DNA of 64,000 nucleotides from an uncultured Desulfobacterales bacterium (lineage in GTDB: Bacteria > Desulfobacterota > Desulfobacteria > Desulfobacterales > B30-G6). The position numbers and the translations under genes are program-made. The notes beneath the pieces are model-generated. The model had not been told where the DNA came from, made no database searches, and worked only from the letters and a program-made list of their open reading frames with translations. Numbering within the stretch: the stretch's first letter is position 1; every line of letters begins with the position of its first letter. The stretch covers positions 153,414 to 217,413 of the forward strand of contig CAYVMI010000002.1 of assembly GCA_964452555.1 (NCBI GenBank). The letters run 5' to 3'. Below are positions 1 to 10,350 of the stretch, one piece after another.

Positions 1-209
1 TCTTCAAGGGGATTGGTCACCAGGCTTTCGATTTCACTGGGCGAAGCACCCGGATAAGCGGTAACGACGATGGCATGGGGGACCGCAATCTCCGGCTCCC
101 CTTCCTTGGGTAGAGATTGATAGGCATAGGTGCCGGCGATGATTGGGAGAATTATAACGATCAGTGTGAAGATCCGCCCCTGCCGGATAATAAAGCGGAA
201 AATATTCAT
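1..209 (-). CDS. RND efflux permease (AcrB family), N-terminal part; runs off the window
   Basis: Hand translation from ATG at 209 (ATGA overlap with upstream stop): MNIFRFIIRQGRIFTLIV...LPKEGEPEIAVPHAIVVTAYPGASPSEIESLVTNPLE; the YPGASP.EIE..VT.PLE motif is typical of AcrB. Confidence 0.9.
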   Translation of the reverse strand, partial: MNIFRFIIRQGRIFTLIVIILPIIAGTYAYQSLPKEGEPEIAVPHAIVVTAYPGASPSEIESLVTNPLE

Positions 210-1306
210 TTGTCCTCGGCCTGTTTAAAAGCCGAAATTAATATCTTATCACCTGGTTTGAGGAACTGGCCGCCGGTGATAATCAGTTGATCGCCCGCTG
301 TTAGACCTTCGCGGATCTGAATCCGCTCGTCCAGAGACAGACCCAGTTTGACCTTGCGCAGGACGGCCCGGTTATTCTCCCCGGCGATAAAGACTTCCTC
401 GCGATTTGTTCGATACAGAACCGTGCTCTGGGGAATGAGGATGGCATCGGGTATCGTGGACGTGATAATACGCACCTTGGCCGTCATGCCGGATTTGAAA
501 GTCAGATTGGGATTATCCACCAAAATTTCTATGCAGAAGGTGTTGGTTCTTACATCAGCGGCAATATCGATGCGGTCGATTTTACCCGCGAACACCTTTT
601 CAGGATAGGCTTCCATGACAATCGACACATGATCGTTTTTATCCAGGCGCACATATTCATTTTCGGGCAGCCAGATATTGACCCGCATGGGGTTCGGCTC
701 GATTATTTTCATCAATGCCTGACCCGCCCCTATCAGTTGGCCGGTCTCGATCATGCGAGCCGCGACCTGACCGTTGAATGGTGCCCGAATCCGTGTCTTG
801 GAAAGTTGCGTCTTGGCAATGTCCACCAGCACCTTCACCCGTTTCACCGAGGCCTGGGCCGACAGGTATTCTGCTTCCGCATTGTCAAAGGCGTCTTGTG
901 AAATTACTTCTCGCGGTAATAAGTTTTTGGCGCGGTCATAAGCTTTTACGGCCAGGTCCAACCGAGTTTGGGCCACGGCAAAATTAGCTTCAGCTTCCTT
1001 CAGCGCCAGTTGGTAGTCACGGGGATCCAGATGGACGATGATGTTTCTTTTTTGAATTCTATCCCCGATATCGGCAGTGTATTTTGTGACGATACCACCT
1101 ACCTCGGCGGCAAGGGTCACTTCACGGTTGGGTGTCAATCGACCCACCACCTCGGCAACCATGGGTAGTTGGACTGGCTGGATTTCCATAACACGAACCG
1201 GCGTGGGCGGTGGATCGGTTACGCCGGTACTCTCTGACGATGGGGTACAGGCGAAGAGCACAACCAATAGGAGGAACACTCCAGCATTTCTAATTATGAT
1301 CTTCAT
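206..1306 (-). CDS. RND efflux periplasmic adaptor (MFP), lipoprotein
   Basis: Lipobox LFAC, lipoyl half-motifs (AAEVGG, IRAPFNG), helical hairpin, GLTAGD C-terminus; coupled to the AcrB gene. Confidence 0.93.
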   Translation of the reverse strand: MKIIIRNAGVFLLLVVLFACTPSSESTGVTDPPPTPVRVMEIQPVQLPMVAEVVGRLTPNREVTLAAEVGGIVTKYTADIGDRIQKRNIIVHLDPRDYQLALKEAEANFAVAQTRLDLAVKAYDRAKNLLPREVISQDAFDNAEAEYLSAQASVKRVKVLVDIAKTQLSKTRIRAPFNGQVAARMIETGQLIGAGQALMKIIEPNPMRVNIWLPENEYVRLDKNDHVSIVMEAYPEKVFAGKIDRIDIAADVRTNTFCIEILVDNPNLTFKSGMTAKVRIITSTIPDAILIPQSTVLYRTNREEVFIAGENNRAVLRKVKLGLSLDERIQIREGLTAGDQLIITGGQFLKPGDKILISAFKQAEDK

Positions 1307-1434
1307 TGTAAACCGTGAGTTGAATCGCCGCTAGAAAGGTAATAGAATCGCCCTTGAATGGGGCTAATCTTCCATAACCATTTGATAATACGATATAGAA
1401 GAGATTGATTTCACTGTCAAGCTGTCCGCCGTAT

Positions 1435-2808
1435 TTAGTACGTTATCTTAAATACGGCCGATATGCATTCCACAGCACGCTGCAGTTCGCGAAAGACAGG
1501 AACGCCTGTTTTATGGGCATGCAGCTGAAATTTGTGGGCATCTTGGCGATTGCCCAAAAGCCAGATGAAAAGCGGTTTGTTATATTTTTCGGCGATGCTC
1601 GCTAAAGGGGCGATGTCGAGTGAACGCACAACGCCACCGATAAATATATGGAATAGAACCGCATCCACACCCGGATCACTGCAAACCGCTTCAAAGGCAG
1701 TTTGATAAACCTTCTCAGGACCATTTTTTTCAATGGCCGGCCAGAAATCCACTGGATTTGCTGGCGGCATCCACTCCGGATAGACTGTTGCCAGTTTTTC
1801 AAGGGTTCCTGGTGATAAATCCGCAACTTCCAGCCCCATCTGATCCACAAAATCAGCTGACACAATACCGGCGCCCCCACTGTAGGTTAATATGGCAATA
1901 CGTCCTCTGTGATCGGATGGAATTTGGGGATACCGGGCCCGGGTTCGACACAGATCCAGCATTTGTTTGAAATCATTGGCTTCGGTTACACCGACCTGGG
2001 TCAGGGCCCCTTTAATAACGTCGGTATCACCGGCCAAGCTGGCGGTATGGCTCATGGCGGCCTGGGCACCTTTCTGACTTTTACCCCCTTTGAGGATCAC
2101 GATCGGTTTGTGGCTTTGCCGACAAGCTTCCAAAAATCGGGACCCATCGGTAATTGACTCTAGATACGCCCCAATGGCCTCGGTGTGGGGATCTGTGATC
2201 AAATATTCCAAGATGTCGCATTCGTTGATATCGGCCTTGTTGCCCAGGGAGCAGGCTTTGCTGATTCCCATGGTGCCGTGGCTTACCGCATCGATGAGAA
2301 ATCCGGCCGACAGCATGCCGCTTTGAACAATCAGGGAGACGTTTCCGGGCGTCAGGCCGTCATCCCAGATGCTATTTAATACAAAGGAAAATACATGTCG
2401 GTTGACGGCATCCACCAATCCCATGCAGTTGGGGCCCCAAATCCGAATTCCGAATTTTGATTTGATGGCCAGAAGTTCGGCCTGTAAGGCGCGGCCGGCA
2501 TCGCCGGTTTCTGCAAAACCAGCCGATTGGATCATCACACCCTTGATACCGCGACGAGCACATTCTCGGGCAGCATCCACAGCAATATTAGCTGGTATAA
2601 ATATGATGGCTAAATCTACGGGGTCAGGAACATCCTTGACCGATGCATAACAGGTGAGACCATCGATTTCATCATATCGCGGATTGACCGGGTAGATACT
2701 GCCTTTGTATCCGGTGATCAGGTTTTTGAGTATATGATATCCGCCTTTTAACTTATTGGCGGTGGCACCAATGACGGCGATGCCTTGGGGGGTGAAAAAA
2801 TAATCCAT
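1435..2808 (-). CDS. Acyl-CoA synthetase (NDP-forming) alpha subunit / CoA-binding protein
   Basis: IAVIGA, YPVNP, GPNCMG, QSG, SLGN and SHTASLAG (phospho-His) motifs. Confidence 0.9.
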   Translation of the reverse strand: MDYFFTPQGIAVIGATANKLKGGYHILKNLITGYKGSIYPVNPRYDEIDGLTCYASVKDVPDPVDLAIIFIPANIAVDAARECARRGIKGVMIQSAGFAETGDAGRALQAELLAIKSKFGIRIWGPNCMGLVDAVNRHVFSFVLNSIWDDGLTPGNVSLIVQSGMLSAGFLIDAVSHGTMGISKACSLGNKADINECDILEYLITDPHTEAIGAYLESITDGSRFLEACRQSHKPIVILKGGKSQKGAQAAMSHTASLAGDTDVIKGALTQVGVTEANDFKQMLDLCRTRARYPQIPSDHRGRIAILTYSGGAGIVSADFVDQMGLEVADLSPGTLEKLATVYPEWMPPANPVDFWPAIEKNGPEKVYQTAFEAVCSDPGVDAVLFHIFIGGVVRSLDIAPLASIAEKYNKPLFIWLLGNRQDAHKFQLHAHKTGVPVFRELQRAVECISAVFKITY

Positions 2809-2830
2809 ACTAAGTCCTTATAATTAAAAA

Positions 2831-2866
2831 AAGGGTTCAAGGATTCCAGGATTCAAGGGTTCGAGT
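2831..2866. repeat. 8-bp periodic repeat (AAGGRTTC type)
   Basis: aagggttc aaggattc caggattc aagggttc gag; reverse-complement copies near 4071-4105 and 24515-24544. Confidence 0.75.
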
Positions 2867-3129
2867 GTGACACAAGCCCATTAGGACTGAGCATTGTATC
2901 GATAAGTACGTCCTTAAATCTAGGTGACCAAGGCCCTTTTTACCATAATTTCGTTCTGTTTTAATTGCGTTGGCCTAGATAAGCGTATTGAGGTTTACGC
3001 AATCAGTACGACTGAGTCAATAAAATTCAATGGCTTTCCCTTGACAATAAAATCTTTAAACGATTTTATGAAATGCGAATATTATCGATTAAACGCACAT
3101 TTTGAAGTTATTTGGAATGGAATTTGAAA

Positions 3130-3924
3130 ATGTCGAATAAACCATTGCTGGTTGAAAAGAAGGATATGATTCTCACCCTGGTTTTGAACCGGCCTGAGAA
3201 GCGCAATGCGCTGACGCCGGAGATGCTGATTCAGATATATGAAACCTTAAAAGCCGCAGCAGATGGCGATACACGCACCGTGATCATCCGTGGTGCCGGA
3301 GACCACGCTTTTTCCTCGGGTTACGACATTTCGGCCATCCCCACAAATGTATCTGAAGAACAACAAGCTTTATTGGATAAAACCAGTCCGTTCGATCTGG
3401 CCATGGACAGTATTATCAATTTTCCGTTTCCGGTTATCGCCATGTTAAATGGCTACGCCTTTGGCGGGGCTTGCGATTTGGCAGTTGCCTGCGATTTTCG
3501 CATCGCCGTCGAAGACATTCAGATGGGGATGGTGCCCGCCCGCTTGGGCATGGTCTATTTTCCGGAAGGGCTGCAACGTTTCATACGCGTCATTGGCTGG
3601 CAACATACCAAGGAAATGTTTTTTACCGCCCGGCGTTATAAGGCTAAAGCACTTAAATCCATGGGATTGGTGGATGATCTGGTTCCCCGGGAAAGACTTG
3701 AAGCAGTCACCTACGCACTGGCCCATGAAATAGCCCAGAATGCACCCCTGGCCTTAAAAGGGATGAAACAGATCCTAAATTTAATTGCAGGTTCGCAAAA
3801 ACTGGATGCTGCCAGACAACAGGCGGCCGATGCCCTCGTTCAAGCCGCCATCAACAGCCAAGATCTCAAGGAGGGCCAGGCGGCCTTTTTGGAGAAGCGG
3901 AAACCGAATTTTAAAGGGAAGTAA
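3130..3924 (+). CDS. Enoyl-CoA hydratase/isomerase
   Basis: LNRPEKRNAL, AFSSGYDI, NGYAFGGA, EKRKPNFKG motifs. Confidence 0.92.
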   Translation: MSNKPLLVEKKDMILTLVLNRPEKRNALTPEMLIQIYETLKAAADGDTRTVIIRGAGDHAFSSGYDISAIPTNVSEEQQALLDKTSPFDLAMDSIINFPFPVIAMLNGYAFGGACDLAVACDFRIAVEDIQMGMVPARLGMVYFPEGLQRFIRVIGWQHTKEMFFTARRYKAKALKSMGLVDDLVPRERLEAVTYALAHEIAQNAPLALKGMKQILNLIAGSQKLDAARQQAADALVQAAINSQDLKEGQAAFLEKRKPNFKGK

Positions 3925-3986
3925 CTGCTATTTTTCACAGAAAGTGGATAATAAGACTGTATCGTTCCTATTGTGATTATCCACAA

Positions 3987-4105
3987 CAGGATTCAAGGAA
4001 CAGCGGGTTACGGGTTGCGAGAATCGAGTTGCTGACAGCGTTAAGCAACACGCAACCCGAAACTCAAAATCACTTGACCCCTTGACCCCTCGAATCCTTG
4101 AACCC
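3987..4105. repeat. Nested 7-bp and 8-bp periodic inverted repeats
   Basis: cgggtta cgggttg cgagaat cgagttg ... caacacg caacccg aaactca, followed by cacttgaccccttgacccctcgaatccttgaaccc. Confidence 0.7.
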
Positions 4106-4170
4106 AACTTAGGTTCAAAGGTATAGCAAGTTTCAGCGGAAGAATTGATTTTTGAAAGGTATAAAAGTGC

Positions 4171-4923
4171 ATGAGCGAATACCGCGGCCTCATATCATCA
4201 GACTGGAGTGAATGTTTGTCACCCAACGGCCCGTTTGATTTCATGGCTTATGTTTACCCCCAGCTTGAATCGGATCTGTCCCTAATATTCCGGCAATATA
4301 CCAGCAATAAGATTAGCTTGAGGGTCGCCATGTGGCGCTGTCAAAGGAGCCTGCCTGCGCCAATCACTTTGGAACAGATGGATGCTTACCTGGATGAACG
4401 CTTTGCGTACTACACCGGCGTGCCCGAACTGATGGAAGCCTGTTTTTCACGCAATATCCTTTTTATGATCAACACAACGGGTTCACGGGGTTATTTCGAG
4501 CGGGCAATTGCCAAAAAACTGCTGCCCCGGCCAACGGCATTATCGGCCCACCCGGAAATCAATTTCGGGAATGATCGTGATTCCTGTGCCTTTTATGCCT
4601 TGCAGGAAATAACAGACAAACCCGTCAATACCGAAGAAGCAGCCAAACAATATCAGATCGCACCGCAAAACATCATTGTGGTGGGTGACAGCGGCGGGGA
4701 CGGCCCCCATTTCAAGTGGGCCGCAGAGCAAAATGCCCTGCGGGTGGCCAGCATGGCCAAGCCTTCCTTGAAAGCATATTGCCAAAATCAGCAGATCGAG
4801 ATTAATCTATTTTTCGGTCTTTCATATGAATCCGGGGAGGCCCGCCGGGGAACTGCAGAGATGCAGGTGGACTTCATGGAACTGCTGTCCTTTATCGAGG
4901 ATTGCTTTCCAAAAAGATCATAA
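4171..4923 (+). CDS. HAD-like hydrolase, uncharacterised
   Basis: N-terminal hhSSDWSECL and motif-IV-like VVGDSGGD. Confidence 0.6.
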   Translation: MSEYRGLISSDWSECLSPNGPFDFMAYVYPQLESDLSLIFRQYTSNKISLRVAMWRCQRSLPAPITLEQMDAYLDERFAYYTGVPELMEACFSRNILFMINTTGSRGYFERAIAKKLLPRPTALSAHPEINFGNDRDSCAFYALQEITDKPVNTEEAAKQYQIAPQNIIVVGDSGGDGPHFKWAAEQNALRVASMAKPSLKAYCQNQQIEINLFFGLSYESGEARRGTAEMQVDFMELLSFIEDCFPKRS

Positions 4924-4955
4924 TATCCCATCTGATATAGGTGATGAGTCAAGGC

Positions 4956-6191
4956 TTATAAGCGGATTACAGTTGGGCGGCCTTCACTATCAACGTCAAT
5001 ACCGACCGAATCACCGGTTTTAAATCCAATTCGGCGGAGCTCCCTGATAATGTTTTCGTGTTTGTGCGTTGCCCAGTAGACGGTCCAGATGGGGTTCCGG
5101 ACCGTATCGATTCCGTAGGCATCGTGACCACAGAGATTTACACGAAATTTATCCTTTGCAATCAGCGTGTCCGCCTCTGACAAAAACGTGTCTATTTTGT
5201 ACAGATTGTTGTGCAGAGCTTGAGATAGCTTTTGTTGAAGTTCGGGGATTTCATCCAGATAGTGATTGGCGATTTGGAATAGCTCCTCGGGGTCATGTAT
5301 GGAAAGCCCCATGATGCAGAAACGCTGGTGCCGTAAGGCAAATTCCTCGAGTTCTGCTTCGTAACGGCGAATGATATCGATAATATTTGAAATGTCGCCG
5401 GTTTGGCAATTATCATCGAGCGTCATATCCTCACATTTATTAATGACACTCAGATAAAAATTTTTATTGTCCATGACATACAAAGGGCGTTCTCTGTAAT
5501 TTCGCCTTTTTCTAATGCGCCGTACACCATCCAGGATTATCGATCGCACGCCTTCCTTTTTTTCGAGTATTTCAATGATGCTGATGTCTTTGGCTTGAAC
5601 CACATAAATTTCTCCGTCTTCGGAAATAACGAATTCGATTTCACACTGGAATTGAAGGTAGTCCTGAATAGCCTGAGATATCTCAAGCAGTTTGCGGTCA
5701 TGGGGCGTACGGGTGACGTAAGGCTCGCTCTGTATTTTATGCAGTCTGTCCCGACAGTAGCCAAACTCCCAGTGATCCCAGAGCATTTTTGCCATCACAC
5801 TGGATCCGAAAACAAACGGCATCACAATAACACCCATGTCTTCCACATTGAATTCAGGTGCATCATGGAATTTTTGCTGCCTTTGAATAGATAACTTTTT
5901 GGTGGTTTCGGCGAATGTTATCATACGTTTGCGTGCGTATTTAATTCCGGCCAGGTCGGCATAGGTCTCCAGGGAATCGAAAGTGCCGCCTTTGAAGAAC
6001 TCCTCTTGCGGATGGGCGCTTCGTGCAATAACCTTGAAACTCTCGCGATGGTTTTCCAGAAACGCTTCCAGTTTGGAAAAATTTTCACTGACAAAATCAG
6101 ATGCGGGCACAAATATAAAATCGGGAACGTTAAAACCACCCTCCTGCAATCGTTCCAAGACGCGCGCTTTTTCTGGTAAACTTGTGTCCAT
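4956..6191 (-). CDS. Hypothetical protein with a PEP-synthase/PPDK-like ATP-grasp N-terminal half
   Basis: KA.L..L...GFNVPDF, ARSAHPQEE..GGTFDS, MGVIVM, EIEF...DGEIYVVQAKDI resemble PPDK_N motifs. Confidence 0.65.
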   Translation of the reverse strand: MDTSLPEKARVLERLQEGGFNVPDFIFVPASDFVSENFSKLEAFLENHRESFKVIARSAHPQEEFFKGGTFDSLETYADLAGIKYARKRMITFAETTKKLSIQRQQKFHDAPEFNVEDMGVIVMPFVFGSSVMAKMLWDHWEFGYCRDRLHKIQSEPYVTRTPHDRKLLEISQAIQDYLQFQCEIEFVISEDGEIYVVQAKDISIIEILEKKEGVRSIILDGVRRIRKRRNYRERPLYVMDNKNFYLSVINKCEDMTLDDNCQTGDISNIIDIIRRYEAELEEFALRHQRFCIMGLSIHDPEELFQIANHYLDEIPELQQKLSQALHNNLYKIDTFLSEADTLIAKDKFRVNLCGHDAYGIDTVRNPIWTVYWATHKHENIIRELRRIGFKTGDSVGIDVDSEGRPTVIRL

Positions 6192-6305
6192 CGATTATCC
6201 TTTTAGATATGTCGTCACGAACGCATTATAAAGCATCAAATTGGTTTTGGCTAATTCGACGCCAATCATTTTTCTTGACTTTCATCGAAATTATGATTAA
6301 AAATT

Positions 6306-6327
6306 ACCGACCGAATGATCGGTCGGT
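6306..6327. promoter_or_regulatory. Probable TetR operator
   Basis: Perfect 9-bp inverted repeat ACCGACCGA-atga-TCGGTCGGT between a TTGACT hexamer (6275-6280) and the tetR start. Confidence 0.75.
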
Positions 6328-6343
6328 TTTCTATGGATAACAT

Positions 6344-6934
6344 ATGTCCAAAAAAAATACAATTCTTTTAGCCGCTACCACCCTTTTTTCCCAAAATGGG
6401 TTTAAGGGAGCGTCCATGTCTGAACTGTCAAAAATGACCGGTGCAGCTGGTGGGACCATTTTTCACCATTTTAAGAATAAAGAGGACCTATTTTTAAACA
6501 TCCTGAGGGATATCAAAGAAAAAATTCTATATGAATTTGAAAAATACCAGCAGGATCACCAATTCCAAAATGGTATGGAGCTGGTGGAAGGTGCTGTTTC
6601 TTTTTATCTGAATCTTTCCGGACAGATGCAGGACCAGTTCATTATTCTGCATCGACATTTTCCTTACAAAATGGCGGAAACCAATGTGATCTGCCGGGAA
6701 TATTTGGAATCAATTTACAATTGTCTCCTGGATATATTCGAAAAGGGAATTACGATCGGACAAGAAGACGGCTCCATTCGCAAGGTACCGACACGGCACA
6801 CCGCCATGATTCTATTTTCACTGGTGGATGGTATTGTACGCTATAATACGTATGGTCTGTATGATGCTGGGGCGCTGTACAATGAATTGATAGCATCATG
6901 TCGAAACATGCTTTTAAAAAATGCGACCGAATAG
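6344..6934 (+). CDS. TetR/AcrR family regulator
   Basis: N-terminal HTH ending in GTIFHHFKNKEDL. Confidence 0.93.
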   Translation: MSKKNTILLAATTLFSQNGFKGASMSELSKMTGAAGGTIFHHFKNKEDLFLNILRDIKEKILYEFEKYQQDHQFQNGMELVEGAVSFYLNLSGQMQDQFIILHRHFPYKMAETNVICREYLESIYNCLLDIFEKGITIGQEDGSIRKVPTRHTAMILFSLVDGIVRYNTYGLYDAGALYNELIASCRNMLLKNATE

Positions 6935-6935
6935 C

Positions 6936-9074
6936 ATGAAATTAGCAGGCACCGTATTTCCGTTTCTGAAATGGTTTCAGAACTATCATTCTTTGCATCT
7001 CAGGGCAGATCTGATCGCAGGCTTAACCGTCGCGCTGGTATTGATACCTCAGTCAATGGCATACGCGCAATTAGCCGGATTGCCATCTTACTATGGCCTT
7101 TATGCTGCGTTACTACCACCGGCAATCGCCGCGCTTTTTGGATCGAGCCGTCAATTAGCCACCGGCCCCGTAGCCGTTGTTTCAGTGATGACGGCAGTGG
7201 CACTGGAACCTTTGGCAACCGCTGGTAGTAACGAGTATATATCATACGCGATTTTGTTAGCACTGATGGTCGGCTTGTTTCAGCTCGGCCTCGGCATTTT
7301 AAAACTGGGTCTTTTAGTCAACTTGCTCTCTCATCCGGTGGTGAATGGTTTTAGCAACGCAGCGGCAATTTTTATCGCTACGTCCCAATTATCTAAGATA
7401 TTTGGTGTTGAGATCGATAAGGGCGAATTTCATTATGAGACCGTTTTTAATGTTTGTGTTGCGGCGTACCACCATTTGCACTGGCCCACGTTTATGATGG
7501 CTTTGTTCGCCTTCGTGATCATGTATGGCCTGGCAAAATTATCGTCCAAAATTCCCTATGTTCTGATTGCAGTGGTCACAACAACCGTATTGTCCTGGGC
7601 AATCGGATTCGAACGATATCAAGTTGTCGATACGGACCAAATCGCTTCCGCCAAAGTCAAAGAGATGCTGGAATCCTTCAACCTTGCGAAAATGCAGACA
7701 TCGGCATTGTTCGCCCAGCGCAGTCAATTGAATCGAGACTTATCCGCCGCCGTGGCGGCTGCAGATGAAGTCACCGCGATTAATATCCGCCGGGACATAG
7801 ATCTGAATGCATACGAAATTAAACAAATTCAATCAAAGACTATCGTTTTTCGAGACGCAATTAGAGCTTTCAGATTACAGGAAAATAATATCAACGGTCC
7901 GCCAATGCGCTATCATCTGGTAGGACAAAATCCGGTGGATTCGCAACGCGATGGGCCTGTTTGGCGCATCGCTGTCGATAATCGTCCCCTGAACATGAAG
8001 GCATTTCACCTGGTGAGTGGAGGTCAAGTAGTTGGCGCCATCCCGCGCGGGCTTCCAACCTTCGGTATTTCAACTATAAAGCTCGATATTGTAAAAAAAC
8101 TCATTCCTTATTGCATCACCATTGCGCTTTTGGGTTTTATGGAGGCTATTTCAGTCGCAAAGGCCATGGCTGCCCGGACCGGTCAAAGAATTGACCCGGA
8201 CCAGGAACTCATCGGTCAGGGACTGGCAAACATCACCGGTTCATTTGGACAAAGCTTTCCAAATGCCGGTTCTTTTTCGAGATCGGCGGTTAATTTGCAG
8301 GTTGGCGCCTTTTCAGGTCTGTCAAGCGTGTTCGCCAGTTTGACCGTATTGGTGACGCTGTTTCTATTTACCCCCCTGCTTTATCATCTACCGCAATCAG
8401 TACTTGCCGCCATCATCATGATGGCCGTTATCGGCCTGATAAACATTAGGGGATTTATCCATGCCTGGAAAGCCCAGTGGTACGACGGTATCATTTCGAT
8501 TATCGTGTTCATTGCCACACTCCTTTTCGCACCCCACCTGGAGCGAGGGATCTTTTTAGGGGTTGTGCTGTCCCTGAGTGTATTCATTTATAAAAACATG
8601 CGTCCCAACGTTGTCGACCTGTCGTTGGGAAAAGATTTTGCACTACATGATGCCGTGTCCTATGGGTTGCAGGAATGCATATTCATCGATGTGGTTCGAT
8701 TCGACGGTCCTCTATTTTTTGCCAATGCCAGTTATTTAGAGGATCAAATTCGGGTGCGGCGGCGGAATAAAAAGCAACTCAAACACATCATTGTGGCTGC
8801 AGAGGGGATCAATGACGTCGATGCTTCCGGGCAGGAGGCGCTGTCGCTCATCGTTGATCGGGTTCGGAGTGCCAATATCGACATTTCTTTTAGCGGTATC
8901 CATGAGAACGTCCGCAAGGTACTTGAGCGCACCCATCTTTTGGAAAAAATCGGAGAGGATCACATATTTACTTCTATCAATAAGGCCATTAATGTCATTC
9001 ATAAACAGACCCATCGCGGCGAAAACGAAGAACAATGTCCACTCAGGTCTGTTCGGACCGTGCAAGATCACTAA
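6936..9074 (+). CDS. SulP family anion transporter with STAS domain
   Basis: DLIAGLTVA..IPQSMAYA, GSSRQLATGP, GSFSRS and STAS motifs RFDGPLFFAN, DVDASG. Confidence 0.95.
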   Translation: MKLAGTVFPFLKWFQNYHSLHLRADLIAGLTVALVLIPQSMAYAQLAGLPSYYGLYAALLPPAIAALFGSSRQLATGPVAVVSVMTAVALEPLATAGSNEYISYAILLALMVGLFQLGLGILKLGLLVNLLSHPVVNGFSNAAAIFIATSQLSKIFGVEIDKGEFHYETVFNVCVAAYHHLHWPTFMMALFAFVIMYGLAKLSSKIPYVLIAVVTTTVLSWAIGFERYQVVDTDQIASAKVKEMLESFNLAKMQTSALFAQRSQLNRDLSAAVAAADEVTAINIRRDIDLNAYEIKQIQSKTIVFRDAIRAFRLQENNINGPPMRYHLVGQNPVDSQRDGPVWRIAVDNRPLNMKAFHLVSGGQVVGAIPRGLPTFGISTIKLDIVKKLIPYCITIALLGFMEAISVAKAMAARTGQRIDPDQELIGQGLANITGSFGQSFPNAGSFSRSAVNLQVGAFSGLSSVFASLTVLVTLFLFTPLLYHLPQSVLAAIIMMAVIGLINIRGFIHAWKAQWYDGIISIIVFIATLLFAPHLERGIFLGVVLSLSVFIYKNMRPNVVDLSLGKDFALHDAVSYGLQECIFIDVVRFDGPLFFANASYLEDQIRVRRRNKKQLKHIIVAAEGINDVDASGQEALSLIVDRVRSANIDISFSGIHENVRKVLERTHLLEKIGEDHIFTSINKAINVIHKQTHRGENEEQCPLRSVRTVQDH

Positions 9075-9109
9075 TTTGCATTTATAGGCCGACAATTAGG
9101 AGAAAGCCC

Positions 9110-10333
9110 ATGCCGATCATTACCCTTGTCAGTGGTATTTTCTGTGATAAACAGGCTGTTTTAGAAAAGCTGGTGGCCGAGTCCGGCTATAGGGTCATTA
9201 ATGATGACGAGGTTGTCGAAATGGTCACGGCAACTACCGGGATGGAGGCCCGCAAAATCCGTCGCGCCTTTTCTGTGAAAACGTCGGTGTTCAATAAGTT
9301 CACCCATGAAAAGGAATGTTCGATCGCCCATATGCGCCTGGCCGTAGCCGAAATCATGACAGAAGACGGCTTGATTATAGACGGTTTTTCCGGACATTTG
9401 ATACCCCAAACGATTGATCATGTTCTACGGGTTTGCTTGGTGGCCGATATGCAATTCCGTGTTGCACATGCAATCGAAGCCGGAATTGCCAACGAAAAGG
9501 AGGCGCGCCGGAGAATTCGGGAGGCGGATGGCGATTTGGCTGGATGGGTTAACACGCATTATTCAAAACAAGATCCTTGGGATGAAGAATTATATGACAT
9601 CGTTATCCCCATGAGCAGCATGAATGCCGACCAGGCCCAGGACATCATATCGCAGAACCTGTCCAAGGAGGTTTTGCGCAAAACCAACATATCAAATACA
9701 GCCCAGAGGAATTTTGTACTCGCCACCCGCACCGAAGCCGTCCTGTGTAAAGCCGGTCATGATGTCACCGTGGAAGCTGACAGCGGCGCCATCAGGATTC
9801 ACATCAACAAGCACGTCTTAATGCTCGGGCGGCTCGAAGAGGAACTCAGGCGGATTGCCGAAGAGATACCGGGCGTTGAATCGGTCGAAACCCAAGTAGG
9901 TAAAGATTTTCACAAAGCCAACATATACCGCAAGCACAATTTCGAAGCACCCTCCCGGGTTCTGCTGGTCGATGATGAACGCGAGTTTATCCAAACACTT
10001 TCCGAACGGCTTCAACTTCGAGATGTGGGTTCTGCCATCGTATATGACGGCAACTCGGCACTGGAGATTATCAAGGAAGACGATCCGGAAGTCATCATTA
10101 TCGATCTGAAAATGCCGGGAGTAAACGGGAAAGATGTGTTGAGGCAAGTCAAGCGGCAACGACCGGAAATAGAAGTAATTGTTCTTACCGGTCACGGCTC
10201 AGAGTCTGACAAACAGGAATGCCTGAATTTGGGTGCTTTTGACTATCTGCAGAAACCGGTGGATATCGATCATCTCAGCGATGTGCTCAAAAAAGCCCAT
10301 GAGAATATACGAAAAAAATCGCAGCAGGACTAG
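9110..10333 (+). CDS. Response regulator with cytidylate-kinase-like and BON-like N-terminal domains
   Basis: MPIITL...LRVCLVA...DPWD..LYDIVI N-terminus; C-terminal REC domain (LLVDDE, DLKMPG, LTGHG, KP); RBS AGGAG. Confidence 0.85.
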   Translation: MPIITLVSGIFCDKQAVLEKLVAESGYRVINDDEVVEMVTATTGMEARKIRRAFSVKTSVFNKFTHEKECSIAHMRLAVAEIMTEDGLIIDGFSGHLIPQTIDHVLRVCLVADMQFRVAHAIEAGIANEKEARRRIREADGDLAGWVNTHYSKQDPWDEELYDIVIPMSSMNADQAQDIISQNLSKEVLRKTNISNTAQRNFVLATRTEAVLCKAGHDVTVEADSGAIRIHINKHVLMLGRLEEELRRIAEEIPGVESVETQVGKDFHKANIYRKHNFEAPSRVLLVDDEREFIQTLSERLQLRDVGSAIVYDGNSALEIIKEDDPEVIIIDLKMPGVNGKDVLRQVKRQRPEIEVIVLTGHGSESDKQECLNLGAFDYLQKPVDIDHLSDVLKKAHENIRKKSQQD

Positions 10334-10350
10334 ATGCAGATCCGAATGAC

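Noticed and set aside
4041-4244. Short ORFs crossing repeat tracts (also 22536-22784, 44186-44371, 48032-48325)
   Set aside because: They are translations of periodic or palindromic repeats, without RBS or protein-like features
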